Assembly: GCA_050084985.1 (NCBI GenBank) | Contig: JBITNC010000001.1 | Coordinates: forward strand, 141,236,001-141,300,000 | Source of the DNA: Nageia nagi | Lineage: Eukaryota; Plantae; Pinophyta | DNA: 64,000 nt | Direction of reading: 5' to 3' | In this document: positions 48,603 through 63,212 of the stretch, in pieces | Position numbering within the stretch: the first letter of the stretch is position 1 | Layout of the letters: every line of letters starts with the position of its first letter | Notes under the pieces: generated by a model | What the model saw: only the letters and a program-made list of their open reading frames with translations | Databases searched by the model: none | Told to the model about the DNA's origin: nothing | Program-made: the position numbers and the translations under genes

Positions 48603-50483
48603 CATAAATCTACCTAGAAAAACATACTAAAAAGATATTAGTGCTTAAAATATAGTAAAAAAAAAAGTGACCCACTAGAGTATCCTTCAAGACACTCTTA
48701 GGATGCAATCTTTTCTTTTCCTTTGGAATATTTTGGGAAGAGAACACTAGGACTACCTCTTGGTCTTTTCTCTTACCATTTCCCATGGTATTCTATAGTT
48801 TCTTCACATAGAATAAATATAGTTGGGTAGCCTTAGTTCAAGACTTGAGGAGACCCTTAAGTCATCCTCTACCTTACGAAGTCTAATGAGGGGGATCACC
48901 ATGATCACCTTAGTAACCATCTAAATGAAAGGGCTCCCCTCACTTGATTCCTAAATAATATTCCTCTTTAAAGTTGGGCTTGGGTTCAAAGAATTCTCTA
49001 AACATAAATTAGCTTAGAATTTTAGTTTTCCTTCTTTGACCTCACTACTTTGACCATACTTTGATACATGAAGGATTAACCCTTTAAATCATGATGGAAT
49101 TATTTATTTTATATTTTAATCCCTTGGTAACTCCACTCTTTTTAGTTCATCTCATTTCCCTTGATAGCATAATGAGGAATCCTCTACTAGTGTTATAAAT
49201 TCTTCACCATCTCCAACATCCTTCTCTTTCGATCCTTCCTCCTATTTATTATGTTAAAATGGATCTTTGTACATTAACCATGATAAGATAATCATCTTCC
49301 ATTTCTTTGATACTATAAAATTAAAGAGAACATATAATATCCCTTGGTTCCTTAGGCTCTCCATTTTTCCCTTCTTAAATTCCCTTAAAATATTATGTAT
49401 GGATTTAAATAGGGAGTTTGGGATATTTAGCTCCTTTTCCATTTAAAAGATGTTAAAAAAGAACAAATAAAAGATCTAAATTATTAGGATATAATTATGC
49501 AAAGTGATGTATTGCATTATCATAGTAACCATAGTCTTTCATTTGAGTAAAAGTGAGTCACAATTGATACCTCCTTATAAACTTTATGGCCAATAAGTGC
49601 TTCTCCTAAATGATCTTATCTCCCTTGAGGGGAAACCTTATAACCTTGATAAGAAGTATCATGTTGATAATGAATGCAATCTATTAATCTTCTATATGTT
49701 CCTCATCCCATGAGAGCACAAAATCAAAAGCCAAGGTATAGTAATCCACTTGGAATCAATTGATAAAACTTATTAATCATACTCATTTTAGTCATTCCTT
49801 AGTATTTTTTCCACCATGAACACCTCAAATGCTAGATAATATGATATATCCACCATTTTTATAGCCCAAAATTCTTCAATTATAATAAATATTAAACTAA
49901 GTGAGCAAGTAACTATCACACAAGCCCCTTTAAAGTCTTTCCCATGTGAACTACTATCACTTCCTCAAATGCCTTTGTACTATCATAATCACAATTCTAT
50001 TATCTAAAATCTATTTTCTATGGATGACATAACTTTGCCACCACATCAGCTAGAGCTACCATGATATCCACTAACGAATACCCATATAAAAATTATTAGA
50101 ATAAATATTCCTTAGGTCCCCACATTCTCTTCGATCTCCTAAAAGTTTACATAAAAATGTGATCTTCAATTCCACATCTGACAAAAGATGGCATTTTTAT
50201 CATCACCTCCATGATATATAAGGGATTATCAAGCATGTACCCACATGGTGCATACCAACTTAGTAGCTAAATACTAAGTATACACATCATTTTCATTTGA
50301 TTATCTCTCTAGCACCCCTAGGATGGGGCTACATATTTCAGTTGTAAGGTTTTTCAATAATTTATTTAGATAAGTATTTATTTTTTTAAGTTTTATCTTT
50401 GAATGGACCTCCTTGTAAATTAGAAGAGGTTGATGTAACAATAAATATTTTTTTGTACATATACTAAAGAGAAAAAAAGGGTT

Positions 50484-53400
50484 TGTTGAAATTAGATCTC
50501 AATCAAAGACCATTCGAGTTGAAGATCAAAGTAATTGAAGATCAACTAGACTTGCAAAAATAGACTAGTAAAATTTGAGAAGGTATAAATTTATTTAGAG
50601 AATTTCCATTCAACCGATTCCTTTTTAATTGGATAGTTCTTGAAGATATCTTTCCAAAAAGTTATGCATGCCTACCTTTGTTTAAGGTTTGACCATCATA
50701 CTTGGCATTTTTTGATAAACTATTCAGTGCACTTAGTTCTTAGTATTTTGCATATTAGGTGCACAATGCCTAGCACTAGACACATCATGCCTAGAAAAAT
50801 ATGTACCAGGCTCACTACATCTCACACCAAGCATACCATACCTCATCCCTTTATATCAAATGTATTGCACCTAAAAATAGAGCCTAATGGGCCAATTTTG
50901 GCATGCGTGAGATTGCATTTTTTTCCTTCAATTTTAGTCTAGATATTGCTATTTTGGGTTGATGTTTCACCCGGTTGTCTCCTAGTATGATAGGGTAGAT
51001 TTAGCATGTATTAGTTTTCTTTTGCATTGGATTGTAACAAGTTGTGATCATGCAACTTGAGTTTATTTTTAGCGCATTCTACTTTTGGATTTGTCCAAAA
51101 CCTATATGTTTGTAATGATTTTGTTTTTCAAATAAATGAAAGTAGAATACTTCTCATTATAGTATCATAGATTTAAGAGGATCTATTGGATTAGAATTAA
51201 TCTTGTGGGTCCTTTCAATGATTTAATTAAACTCTTGCAAATTTTGGTCCAAATCATGTTGATTTTGTGCATTACAATGTTCTTGCAAATAATAACTCTC
51301 TACCAATCTACCTTTTGTAAGTGTGAATGAGTTACTTCTAGTTGAGAGTCAATCACAATGGAAGATTGTTGGATGGTCATTATGTTTGAGGGAATAGAGG
51401 TCCCAAAATTTTATGGTGAATATTATGCTTACCAGAGTATAAGAATGAAGACTTTCTTAATGGCCAAAGATCTTTGGAGCATTGTAGAATACAACTATGA
51501 AGAACCCCTCACATGGAGCATGCTTGGAAAAGAAGAGAAGTGGTTGAAGAAAGAGGAGTTATATCAAAATTGCTTGGATCTTATGGATTTAAGAAGAGTT
51601 ATTAAAAAGGTATTTTCCCACTAATTGCAAGTTATGTATTAGCTACAAGTGCATGGAAGATAATACAAGATTCTTATGGGTGTGATGAGGACACTCATGG
51701 AGATTTTTTGAGCAAAGAGAAGTCTTGTTTCAGACCAGAACACCATTTTAGAGAGTCTTATGTTCTTGTTATGGAAAGCCTTGCTCTTATTATGGGGAGG
51801 CATATATGTTTGAAGAGTGTTATGGTAAAGGCTCACGTGGAGACATGTATTATAAAGGCATGCATGGTGATGGAATATCCTTTCTTGAAGAGAAGGATGT
51901 TAGGGAGCCTAGTGTGAGGCCTTGTGCAACTCTTATGAATGAGAGTCATGTGGAGGAACTTCTTCCTATAGAGAAGAGAGGAGAAGGTGAAGCTTGGTAT
52001 GAAATCCTCATTGTTGGAGGCATGCATTATGATAAAGGCATGAATGATGAATTCTTTCTTTTAGAGGGAGGATATGTTGAAAAGAAAGATTATGTTGGTA
52101 AATCTCTTATAGGAATGGAATTCTTAGAAAGCATTCATATTACCCATAAGAAGAATGAATGTTTCATTAAAGAGACACACCTTCAACTTGTAGAAGAGGA
52201 GATATCATCTTAGACCTTTGTTGAAGAGTGCTTCATGGAAGAACACTGGCTTGACCAAGTTGAAGACCACCAAGATGAGATGGTTGATGAATATCTCATT
52301 AAAGAGATAAGTATTAAAGATTCATTATATGAGAATTATTGTCTGTTTGAAGACCATTCAAAGTGGATGTAAGCCACCAAGATGAGGTGGATGCAAATTA
52401 TCTCATAAAGGAGGGAGAAGATCAGAATTTTGATGATGGATTATGTATCATAGAGGAGCCATGTCATGAAAAATTTGAAGGAGATTCATATGATGAATCC
52501 ATACAACTTTTCATGCAAGAGTATTATTTTTTGGTTGCATCCTACTTAGATGAAATGAAATATCATTCATTTGGAATGATATATTGTGATTAACTAGATT
52601 GGAAAGCTCACTCATTTGGAGTGAAAGATTATCTTTTTGGAAAGGTAAGGGATGAATATTTAGGAGCCGATTACCCATATGTTAGAGTTCCTTTAAAGGG
52701 GGAGAAAAATAAAAGAAGAGGAGACACCCTTATGATGGAGTGGTTCTTTCTTGAAGACTATTCACATTGGGTGGATGGATATTGTGAAGCTCACTCATTT
52801 GGAGTGAATGATGATTATCTTGGAGAGGCACTATGGGATAATGATACAAGAGAGATTATAGATGAAGAGGAGATGGAAACTATAAGTTTCACGCTCAATA
52901 GAGAATCTCACTAATCAAGAGTGTAGGATTTATTGTATGATGAGAAGAGCACAAGACACTATCTCATTTGGAAGGAGAAAGATGCAATAGAAAATGAGAT
53001 ATAGAATGAAGATATAACCAAGGTTGGTGAAATTCAAGTTGTCATGAATATAAACGCATCAATTGTTGGAGATGAAGATCACTCATCAAGAGTGAAGATT
53101 ATTTTGTATAAGGAATACTAACTTAAGGGGGAGATACAACATAGTGAGATAGTCACTAATGGAATTCATGGTGTAATGGAGGAATCATCAAAAGAGATTG
53201 ATGATTGTATTGAAAAGAGAATTATGGATGAATATCACTCACATGGAGTGATAACAAAGAGTTATCTTGAAGAGGAAACATTATGCAAAGAGGAACCATG
53301 GGAGTTCCTTAATTGAAGAGATGGTTGCTTTAAGAGCAACATGGGATCCTACTCAAAATATAATCATTAGAGGTAAAACATTCTTGTTATTTATTTTATT

Positions 53401-54605
53401 GACTAATAATATTGATGATTTTTTGTTGAGTATATGTTTAAAGGATAACTTTAAGGCTATTATGAGTGAAGAATATAGTGTATGTATTATCAAGACATCA
53501 CTTGCATAACTTGAAGATTATCTCATGGAGATAATATTACTAAAGATTCTTCCTTGGGTGAAGAAAATGGAGGAGAGCTTAGGTCACTTGGACTCAAAGA
53601 TATTTGTATAGTTTAATCATCTATGTGAGATTGTTAATTATTGTGAAAACACTACTTGGGAAGAAAGGTGTACAAATATGAGAGAAGATGAGTAAGAATG
53701 GTTATTAAGAACCATTGCCATTGGTATTGATGGAATGTTAATACAGGAAGCTTTTGATGAAGGGGAAGTTTCTCATCAAAAGGAGGCACTCAATTATTTG
53801 CAAGGAGCAACATAAGAGATGGAGGAGATCCCACATCAAAGGTGGAAGGAGTGCCAATGTGAATATTTTGTGATATTTGATTTCTTGTTGAAAGATTGGA
53901 GGACACAAATAAGATTAAGTTTCTTCTAATTTTTTGATACTTCTAGACTTTTTAAAAAGTCCCTTTAGCATGAAGGGAGAGAATGTTGGAATTAGATCTC
54001 AATCGAAGACCATTCGAGTTGAAGATCAACTAGACTTGTAAAAATAGATTAGTAAACTTTGAGAAGGTATAACCTTTTGTAGAGACATCTAATTGAGCTG
54101 ATTCTTTTTGCATTGGATAGTGCTTGAAGATACCTTTCCAAGGAGTATACATATACCTACCTTTGTTAAAGGTTTGACCATCATAATAGGTATTTTTTAA
54201 CAAATATCCAGTACATTGAGTTCTCAGTAATTTACATACTAGGTGCACTATGCCTAGCACTAGATGCACCGTGCCTAGCAAACTATGTACTAGGCGCATT
54301 GTGCCTCACCTTTTTGTACCAGGTGCATTGTGCCTAAAAATAGAGGCTAATGGGCTAATTTTGACATGTGCAAGATTGTATTTTTTATCTTTGATTTTAG
54401 TCTAGATGTTGCTATTTTAGGTTGATGTTTCGCCCAGTTATCTCCTAGTATGATAGGGTAGATTTAGCATGTATTAGTTTTCTTTTGCATTGGATTGTAA
54501 CAAATTGTGATCATGCAACTTGAGTTTATTTTTAGAACAATCTATTTTTGGATTTGTCCAAAACCTATATGTATGTAATGATTTCATTTTTCAAATCAAT
54601 GAAAG
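50484..54605 (+). mobile_element. Non-autonomous Ty1/copia-derived LTR element with acidic filler
   Basis: LTRs start TGTTG(A/G)AATTAGATCTCAATC at 50484 and 53984; decayed PBS TAGTATCATAG at ~51160; PPT GAAGGGAGAGAA at 53972-53983; gag N-terminus VPKFYGEYYAYQSIRMKTFLMAKDLWSIVE (51358-51624); no pol. TSD not found. Confidence 0.85.
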
Positions 54606-56237
54606 CAATTTACATCCTTTTAAATTTGGTGATATTTCTGAAATAGGTTATATACTCCTCCTTAAGTCTTTTTCTATTTTATTCATATTTTTTCATTGTT
54701 TTATCTAATTTAACATGTATAAAATTATAAATCAAAATATCATTTTACTTCCACAAATCATCTTATACTATGCAAGTTTTAGGATTTTTTAGAGCTTATG
54801 ATTTTCTTTTAGTTTCCCATATTAAAAAATCTCAATAGAAAATCATGAGAATTTACTATTCTCATGTGAAGGGATTGGATCTTCTTCATCTCTTCACATA
54901 CCATTTTCAAATCCATAAATAATCTCTACATAGGTACTTATTCATCTACAATAATTCTATAATCTCTTGTAAGAACTTTCCATTCTTATTCTATGTAAGC
55001 GTACACCTTTAGAAAAATAGTTTAACAAATCTCAAGGATTAAGTTTGTACTCTCTTTATTGAAAGGCTAAAATATTCCTTTTTAATGATTTTACATAATT
55101 TATTTTTCTTTAACTCTTGAATTTCCTGAAGAGACTTATCTTTTGTTATCCTCTTTCTTTCCATTAGAAAAAATGATATTTTTATTTTCTTTACTCATGA
55201 ATATTACTTTATGGTATTCTATATTGAGAATTTGATTTTCAACAATAATAACTTAAGTGTCCTGATTTGATGGGATACAATATTAGTTTTTAAAGTAGAT
55301 TTAATATCTCTTCAAGTTGCAAGGTTATACAAAGAATAACATTCCAAACATCCAAAAGAATCACATTACAGAGTCCTTTATCTTTGAATATTATTATGGT
55401 ATAGTGAAGATACTAATATTGAACAACCTTTATTTTTTTAAAATTTCATTCTAACTATTTTATTTTTTATTGATGAGAATTAGATATGATTATCAAACAC
55501 ATCTCCTTGATAAAACCTATTAAAAATATTTTCCCTTTGCTGCTAATATGTATGGTGAATAGAAGATTGAATTCTATTGTTCTATATCTGAAAATAATAC
55601 TTTTATGATTGAATACTTAGAAATATCCATTTTCTTTTACTCATCTATCATACTCTTCTTTCTTTTAATTACATTAATAACTTTATATTATCTATTCATA
55701 TATATGAATTAATCCTAACAACAACACAATAATATGCATTTTAAAAAAAATATATATTAATTAATGTAAGGAAATAAAAAATAAAAATCAATAAATTGTA
55801 CTAATACAAATACAGTAATATATTTATGTAAAAATGCATAACAGGTAATCTGTCTTAATAAAAATACATGTATAACAGTATCTTGTGTGTGTATACAAAA
55901 TGTTAGTATAATTGATCTTGTAACTTGTAATTTAATTTTATCTTTCTCCAAGAACCAATCCTTCTTGTTTTAAATGATTTTTTTGGTCTGAGCTTTCTTT
56001 CCACGAAGAAAATATTGTTCTCTAATATCTTTGTATATCTTGAAAGCCTAATAAAAAGTTTTTGGGTATTCAACTTTTACATACATCAAATAATCGAACA
56101 TCCTTCGTAATCCAAAGCTGAATATGATCCTCGTGGATCAGTGTGCCAAGTGTTTGCCAAAATCCATCTACAAATATAAAATCTTATGTTATACAACATA
56201 TCAGGTATAAAAATTTTAAAAATAAAATTATAACAGA

Positions 56238-58330
56238 TTAGCATCCCTCCTCCCCATGAACTAAAAAAAACTTGGTCTGTTCCACCCTATAATTACAATG
56301 TTGATGGTTACCATACCTAGTCGAATTCGGTTGCTGTAGATCCATCATAGACTTAGAAGCCAATGGCCGTGATGATATCTGATCTTCACCGCTAATTTCA
56401 ACCGAAATGAGCTCTTTCTCGTCTGGCAGAGGAACTTGCCCTTCAAGTATCTGTAATGTTGTTCTGATGCTCAGCCTATTCTTAGGCTCAGGATCAGCAC
56501 ATATAAGCCCAACTCTCAGCACTCTCTCCACTTCTTCCTCACAGTATTCTCCATTCAGAGTTGGATCTACAGCATGCATGAGCATCCCCCTAGTATCTAA
56601 ATTCTTCACCCATTCAAACAAAACAAGTTGTTCTCTATCTTTGGACTGATCAATAGGCCTCCTTCCACACACAACCTCAAGCATAACAATCCCAAAGCTG
56701 AATACATCCGAGCTGGGAGTTATCTTCCCAGTGTTTGTAACTTCCGGAGCAATATACCCAACAGTTCCCACTACCCGAGTTGTTTCAGGATTTTGAGCAT
56801 GGTCATATAGACGAGCAAGCCCAAAATCCCCCAACTTGGCATTGAGCTCCGAATCCAGCAGCACATTGCTGGATTTGACATCTCTGTGCACAACCTTCCG
56901 ATCCCATTGCTCGTGAAGGTACAAAAGCCCATTCGCTATGTCCTTGAGGATAGAGTACCGTTGAGGCCATCTAAGAACTTGCTTAGGATTCTCAAACACC
57001 ATCTTATCAAGGCTTCCGTTTGGCATGAAATCGTAGACAATGAGGAGTTGCTTGTTTCTCCTACACCATCCTCTTAGCTGAACAAGATTTCGATGCTGAA
57101 GACGTCCTACGCTTGAAATCTCGGCTACAAATTCCTTCATTCCCTGCATGGAATCCTTGGTGATGCATTTCACTGCAACATGGAGCCCGTTTCTGGCAAA
57201 ACGCCCTTATAAACCTCCCCAAAACCCCCTTTCCCCAAAAGCTGCTTATCCTGGAAGCCATTCGTCGCATCCACGAGCTCTTTGTAAGGGATTCTGTGAG
57301 GCCAATACTCCAATTCCCATTCTTCAATACAGGAACTTCTTGCTCTCAATAATCTCAGCCACCGGCAAAAGAAAAACCCCGGTACCATAAGCCCTAGGGC
57401 ACATGCGATGGAAATAGCGGCGACCAAGCCTCCAGATCTTGAATTTGAGTTTGAATTCTTCCTTGTTTTCACTTGGGTGTTAGAATTAGGCTTCGGCAGA
57501 ATGGTGGAATTTAAGGGTAACGCCATTCCCTCAGTACTGAAGCTCCAACCCAGAATAGAATGCTCTTCTACCGAGGAATCGACTCCTGTAGCTGCAGAAA
57601 ATCCCACATACATTTCTTCTTTTACAACTTCCGCAAGACCGAATGTCTGAAGGCTTATGAGTGGTTTTAAGGGCTTCTCCATTTTCGCCCATGACACGCT
57701 CACGTTGAGCCGGTCCTGAACCTGGTCGTAATCAATCCAGGCCTGGAAAGTCTGCCCACTCTTGAGATTCAGGTGTTGGACGTTTGTATGATCGATCGAA
57801 ACCGCGGCCGTCTGGGATGTGACGGAGTTCAGCCCATTAAGATTGATACCCACATGATTGTCGTTAATGTCATTGAATTCTAAGTCGTAATGGGTGTCGA
57901 ATTCGACTGCAAATAAATGGTTGGAAGCTTGGTCGTTCGTTGTGATATTGAGAAGTCCCATGTATTGGGAATACGATGCTCCCATGAAGGATTTGAAGGG
58001 TGTCATGATGAAGGCGAGGCCATGGCCGCCTGAATTCCCCGGGGGAACAACAATGGTGAAGACAAAAGTAGTGCTGAATGAAAAAACTGTATTGCTGTTA
58101 TGGCTACTTTTTATTTTGATGGGTTTGGGGTATAGGGCTCGGCCTATGGAGCGTTGGGAAGTGTTGGTAAGGGTGAGAATTTGCTGAGATTGGATCGAAG
58201 CCTGCTTCATCAATAATATGTTTTCTGGGTTGAATTGGTGGAGTATGAATCTTTCGGCTTCAGAAAATGGGGATTGGGATACGAATAAAAAGAGGAGAAT
58301 AAGTGGGGAGAGCTTCTGAAGTGGAAGCAT
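56238..58330 (-). CDS. LecRK: L-type (legume) lectin receptor-like kinase, intronless, with one 1-bp frameshift near 57187
   Basis: Signal peptide; legume lectin motifs (FSTTFVF, GHGLAF, AVEFDT, NHVGINLN, YVGFSAATG); TM helix; EEWELEYWPHR; GKGGFGEVYKG; HRDVKSSN, DFG, GTVGYIAPE. Adding one G restores ETGLHVAVKCI. Confidence 0.93.
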
Positions 58331-61300
58331 TATTGCTTCTGAAGCATGCGAGAAGAAAAGTGCAGGAGGGGATTTGGGTCGGAATATAATCAGGTGCTAA
58401 TTACAGGTGATGGACAAAGTTAGGTGAAGACTACGTCAAAATGCAGAAGACTTCGGACATTATAGTGCCGAAAAATTTTCTGCAAATATTTTCCGGCTGC
58501 TGAAAAAGGAAAGTTCAATGAAGGGAGCCGAGATTTGGGATGGATGTAAATCGTTGGTTCCAGAAAATTGTTGGGGATGTTTTATCGTTGTAGAATATGC
58601 CGGAGGGAAATAGGGTTGACGAAGCATATTATACAATGATAAAATTTTAAGCTTTCAATGGTCTTCAAAGTTATTTTTCCCTTTCAAATAAAGGTGATCA
58701 GTGAAAAAAAAATTGAAGTATATAAATTTTGTTTTTATAGTTTAAAGGTGATGTTAAATTTAAAATTTCAAAAGAAGGGTAGACTTCAAAATAACCTTTC
58801 AGAGATTAATTTCAAAAATTAAATATATATTTAATATGAACTATAGTTAATATATTATAAAATATAAATTCATGTTTCATTATGATGATTCATGAGAATT
58901 GGTATGCACTATATTTTTCAATGGTGATTAGGACTAAATTAGTGATTGATAAATTGACGATCTTCCATTATTTCATCTCAAAGCATTAATTGGCAAGTAC
59001 CAAACACAACTTGTAAACTAAACCTTCCCTTTTCAAGAATCATAGACTCACAGTTCACATATAGTATATTTTTAATTTATAACACTAACAAGTAACAATA
59101 ACACATGGTATGGAAATAAGATCATAGGGTATCATTGAGTATCCCATACTAAAATAGCAAATTAACATAGTAGCAAGGTAATCAATACAAAGAGGTTGCA
59201 CCTTAGATACATAATCATTTCTATGGTCAAGTGATGCATGATTTGAGAAAGATCAAAACTCTTATCAGATTCAAACAAGATTATACTTGTAATAGATCTT
59301 ACAAACCCATTAAAGCCTAACACCAAAAAAATTTAAAAATATTTGCTATTCATATTTACCACTTCAAAATGAATGAGTGGATCAATTATTTGATGAATCT
59401 AATATAGAATTCTACTATTTGATAGACGAGGAGAAAAATCTTATATTTTAGTCCCTTTTTCCTAGAAGCATAAGGTTTGTAATGAAAGCCTTGCATTAAC
59501 AAGGGTCTAATGAAAGCCTTGCATTAACAAGGGTCTAGAAGCATTCATTATTTCTTGTCCAATTTCCATGTAGATGGTTTCATTCATTATTATAATTTGA
59601 TCAAAATAAAAACACTTTGTATTCCTATAAGTTTATATCAGGGGAAATTAAGCAAATATGACAATTAAAAGATGGAGAGAATCTAATAAAGTTACTAATG
59701 GTGTAGACCAATTTGCATGAGATGCAATAAAATATGCTACCAGGTTTATGCTAAAACCCCATCATATCATACCAAAAATATAATCTATTATTCTTTACAT
59801 CCTTTGCATGAGATAAATCAAATGGTAAACTTTAGGTAAGTACTGGAATACAAATATGAGGAACAACAATGTCATAATTGAAGTGATTTCTCCTCTTTTT
59901 ATGAGGTCTAGTAAAACTATCATATTTATTAAAAAAATCTAAAATCAAAATTGAAAGCCTTTTAATCACCTAAATTAATGCAGATTATTAGAACATGAAC
60001 ATAATAATGAACTTTATTAAACTTGAGTGATAGATAAACTATTGTTGACACCAGATTCTTGGCAAATTCATTTAAGTGTGATCTACAAAGTTCTTTACAA
60101 TAGAATAAATTAGACATATATATAATGTTTATGCTAAGACCATGTCATGTAAATATAATATCCAAGATAATTATACAAAATTCTTTCTAACATAGCCTTG
60201 AAGCAACTTACTAGATTAACAAGATATATATATTTCTTGACTGCTCAATTTTTATTTTTTATTTTCTAATAGCTTTCTTGTGTATTTTAAAAATGAAGAT
60301 GGTATATAAATAATCTGCTCTTACCTATGAAACTGATAGGATGATAAATATATCAAACTATAAGCCATCAAGGGATCCTAGATAATGGATGGCAATGAGC
60401 CTAGCATCCTAAAGTAATTTCCCACTTTTGAAAACAAAAGATTCCTTGGATACATACACAAGCTTTAGTTGCTAAAAAATATGATAAAACCGAAGAATAG
60501 CCACCATAAAAGAAAACCTTACATCTATGTATAGAAACAAAAAGTACTTGCATGATTCTTAAAAAACTTAATAAGATTTTATATATGATTTTTATGAAAG
60601 GTAATATTTTATAAACAATTCAAATAAAAGACAACATATTTTTTAAGCCTTCATTAAAGAAGGGCATCATAAAAATTCCTATAAAGTGGGTGGCTAATCT
60701 TGAGGAGACATCTTTCTCTCTCTAAAATTATAGGAATTTTTTTTTATTTCTTTACAAAATAATATATAACAATTCCTTACAGTAGTATACATTACTAATT
60801 CACATAAATTTTCCTCTCTCTATTTTTTTGATGAAAAGGTAAATTTAATTAATAATTAAAAAGATTTTACAATAAAAAGGTAGGTGGAACAAATTACACT
60901 TCATATGTTTTCATTATAATTCGAACTATGGGTTAGGAAATCGAAAAAATAAACTACAATTACATATATCAATATATTAAATAAAGGTCCATTGGTCGCT
61001 ATATAAAAAAAAAATCAAGTATGCATTTAAACAACATCGTGGGGGGATCCTTCATCACAATCCACCATGCATTGCCAATTATTATCCATAATAACTAGGA
61101 AGTCCCATCCATCTTTAGCATAGGTAATGCTGAGATCTTCCATATGATCCTTGCCCCAAACAACATGCTGAATAGGGGAGGCTATATGAGACTAGCCATT
61201 ATGGGAATAATCATCATCAATATCTTGATTAATCTATCCCATCATACCTCCAAAAGTTTTCGATGGCACATTTACCCTACCTGTTTGATGCGAATAACTA

Positions 61301-63212
61301 ATACCTGCATTATCAATCATTTCTAAATTAGATGTAACTGGGACCAATGGTAACTTTTAGGATATGAATAAACATGTGATGGAGTGTGTCGATGTGAGTA
61401 AGACAAAGAGAGATTTATAAAGAATGATCTGAAGCTACCCAACAAATTATGAATAGAGCGTTGCTCTAATACAAAGGTGTTAAAATTCCATAGCCATTTT
61501 GTTCACTTGGTCATAAATTTGTAACCACAAATCATAGAACACCTCTAGTTTATTAGCAAGAAAAAAATCTAGAGATAAGTCTACTTATGATTTGTAATCA
61601 CTTGTAAGTTATGCTATTCTGGGATCTTCAAATACATATTCTTTAAACATGAATTTTATTCAATAGCATAGATTCAAATTTCATAGCCAAAATTGATAAT
61701 TTGCCTAGCATCGATGCTAGATCCAGTGTTAATGCTAGTATCAACGTCAATGCTAATCTATACTAACATCTTGATTAAAATATCCATGCATTTATTTTTT
61801 AACTTACTATATAGTCTATTGATTATGGAAATACATCAAACCATTCAACATTACATATACAGTAACATAATTTCTATGCTCTTACATGTGGTTATATTAC
61901 TGAATCTCAACCTTGGACACAACCAACAAAATAAATATACACACACAAAAATGGAACCCAAATATTTATGGTGGTTCCTCTCAATGTGAGAATACATCCA
62001 CTTTAAGTAGCCTCTTATGATCAATAAATTGAATAGAGAGTTTTACAATGAAGAGAAATGGAGAAACATCACTAGCTTTAATAGCCAAATACTCCTTCTA
62101 TAGTTTGCAACCTCCTCAACTAGTTGTATCAAGTTTGTAACACTTTTTGAAGCCTCTCAACAAGGTTTTACATATTTATGCAAATTCTCCCAAGCCCTTT
62201 AAGCTCAAGAACATCAAAAAATTCATCTACAACCTTCCAAGACCTTTCAAGAACATTCTAGTTACAATAACATTAAGCAACCAAAATTCATACAAGTCCC
62301 TTCCCTTGACCCCCCATGATACTTTGGATCAGGTCCCCTTTCTACACACCAATTTACTTCTCAGTGTTAGTGCTACGTGTAGTGTTGATGCTATGATTTC
62401 TATAAGTATGTTTCAAAAAATAAAGAACAAAATACACCAAAATTCATAGGTTCATATCATCACCCAAGCATGAAGATCCTCTAGCTGATCCTCACTCATA
62501 GATAATTGATCCCCCAAATTACAATTTTATCAAGATAACACATTATTAAATATACCACACTAACACCAAGTGATCCTATCTCAACATACATTCACTATGC
62601 TATTATTAGAATAATGAATATAATAACATATAAAATTTACTCACACATCATATGCCACCATATCCATGAAATTGAAAACATACATGTCTCTTTCACTTAT
62701 AGCATGCTCTCTTAACATGGAAATGATTTACTAGAAATAAGAGGGTTACTACCAAAATCCAAACATTAAGATTTTTGGTTAAAGCCTCCACTCATAAAAT
62801 ATGGCCCTTCAATAGTCTGCACCACCATGTTTTGGAAAAAACTAATAAAAATAGTAGTAGTAACTTCATCATTCATCCATCACCATGATATTAGGATGTT
62901 TACCACCAACAACAACATTCTCCACTATTAATGTATAATTAAAAAATAGATGTATGATCTCATATGAAGTAGATCCTCACCATTTTTGGCTAGGTCTGCA
63001 TGACATGTGGTAGCAACTTGCCTACATTAAAAGGTTACCTCCTTTTCCTCTCTTAAATACACTCTTTCTCTTCCACATACTTATTGTTCTCCCACTTATG
63101 CTCAAATCAAGTCTCCTCAAGGATAAATAGGTAGAACGAATGTCTCAAGAAGAAAAATAGATCATCCAACCTCCTAAACAACTTAGGAATTCCCAAAAAT
63201 GTTCCATTTATT

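Noticed and set aside
48650-50335. Gypsy LTR/gag remnant on the - strand
   Set aside because: Only a suggestive LTR-like end (GGATGGGGCTACA); too decayed to call.
52562-53253. CRISPR-like array
   Set aside because: Eukaryotic LTR context, repeats only ~15-21 bp and degenerate, spacers long and irregular, no cas genes.
56407-58187. + strand ORFs overlapping LecRK
   Set aside because: Antisense shadows of the LecRK coding sequence.
60820-61700. LINE 3' end on the - strand
   Set aside because: A T-run is present, but no convincing RT/RNase H motif or TSD.
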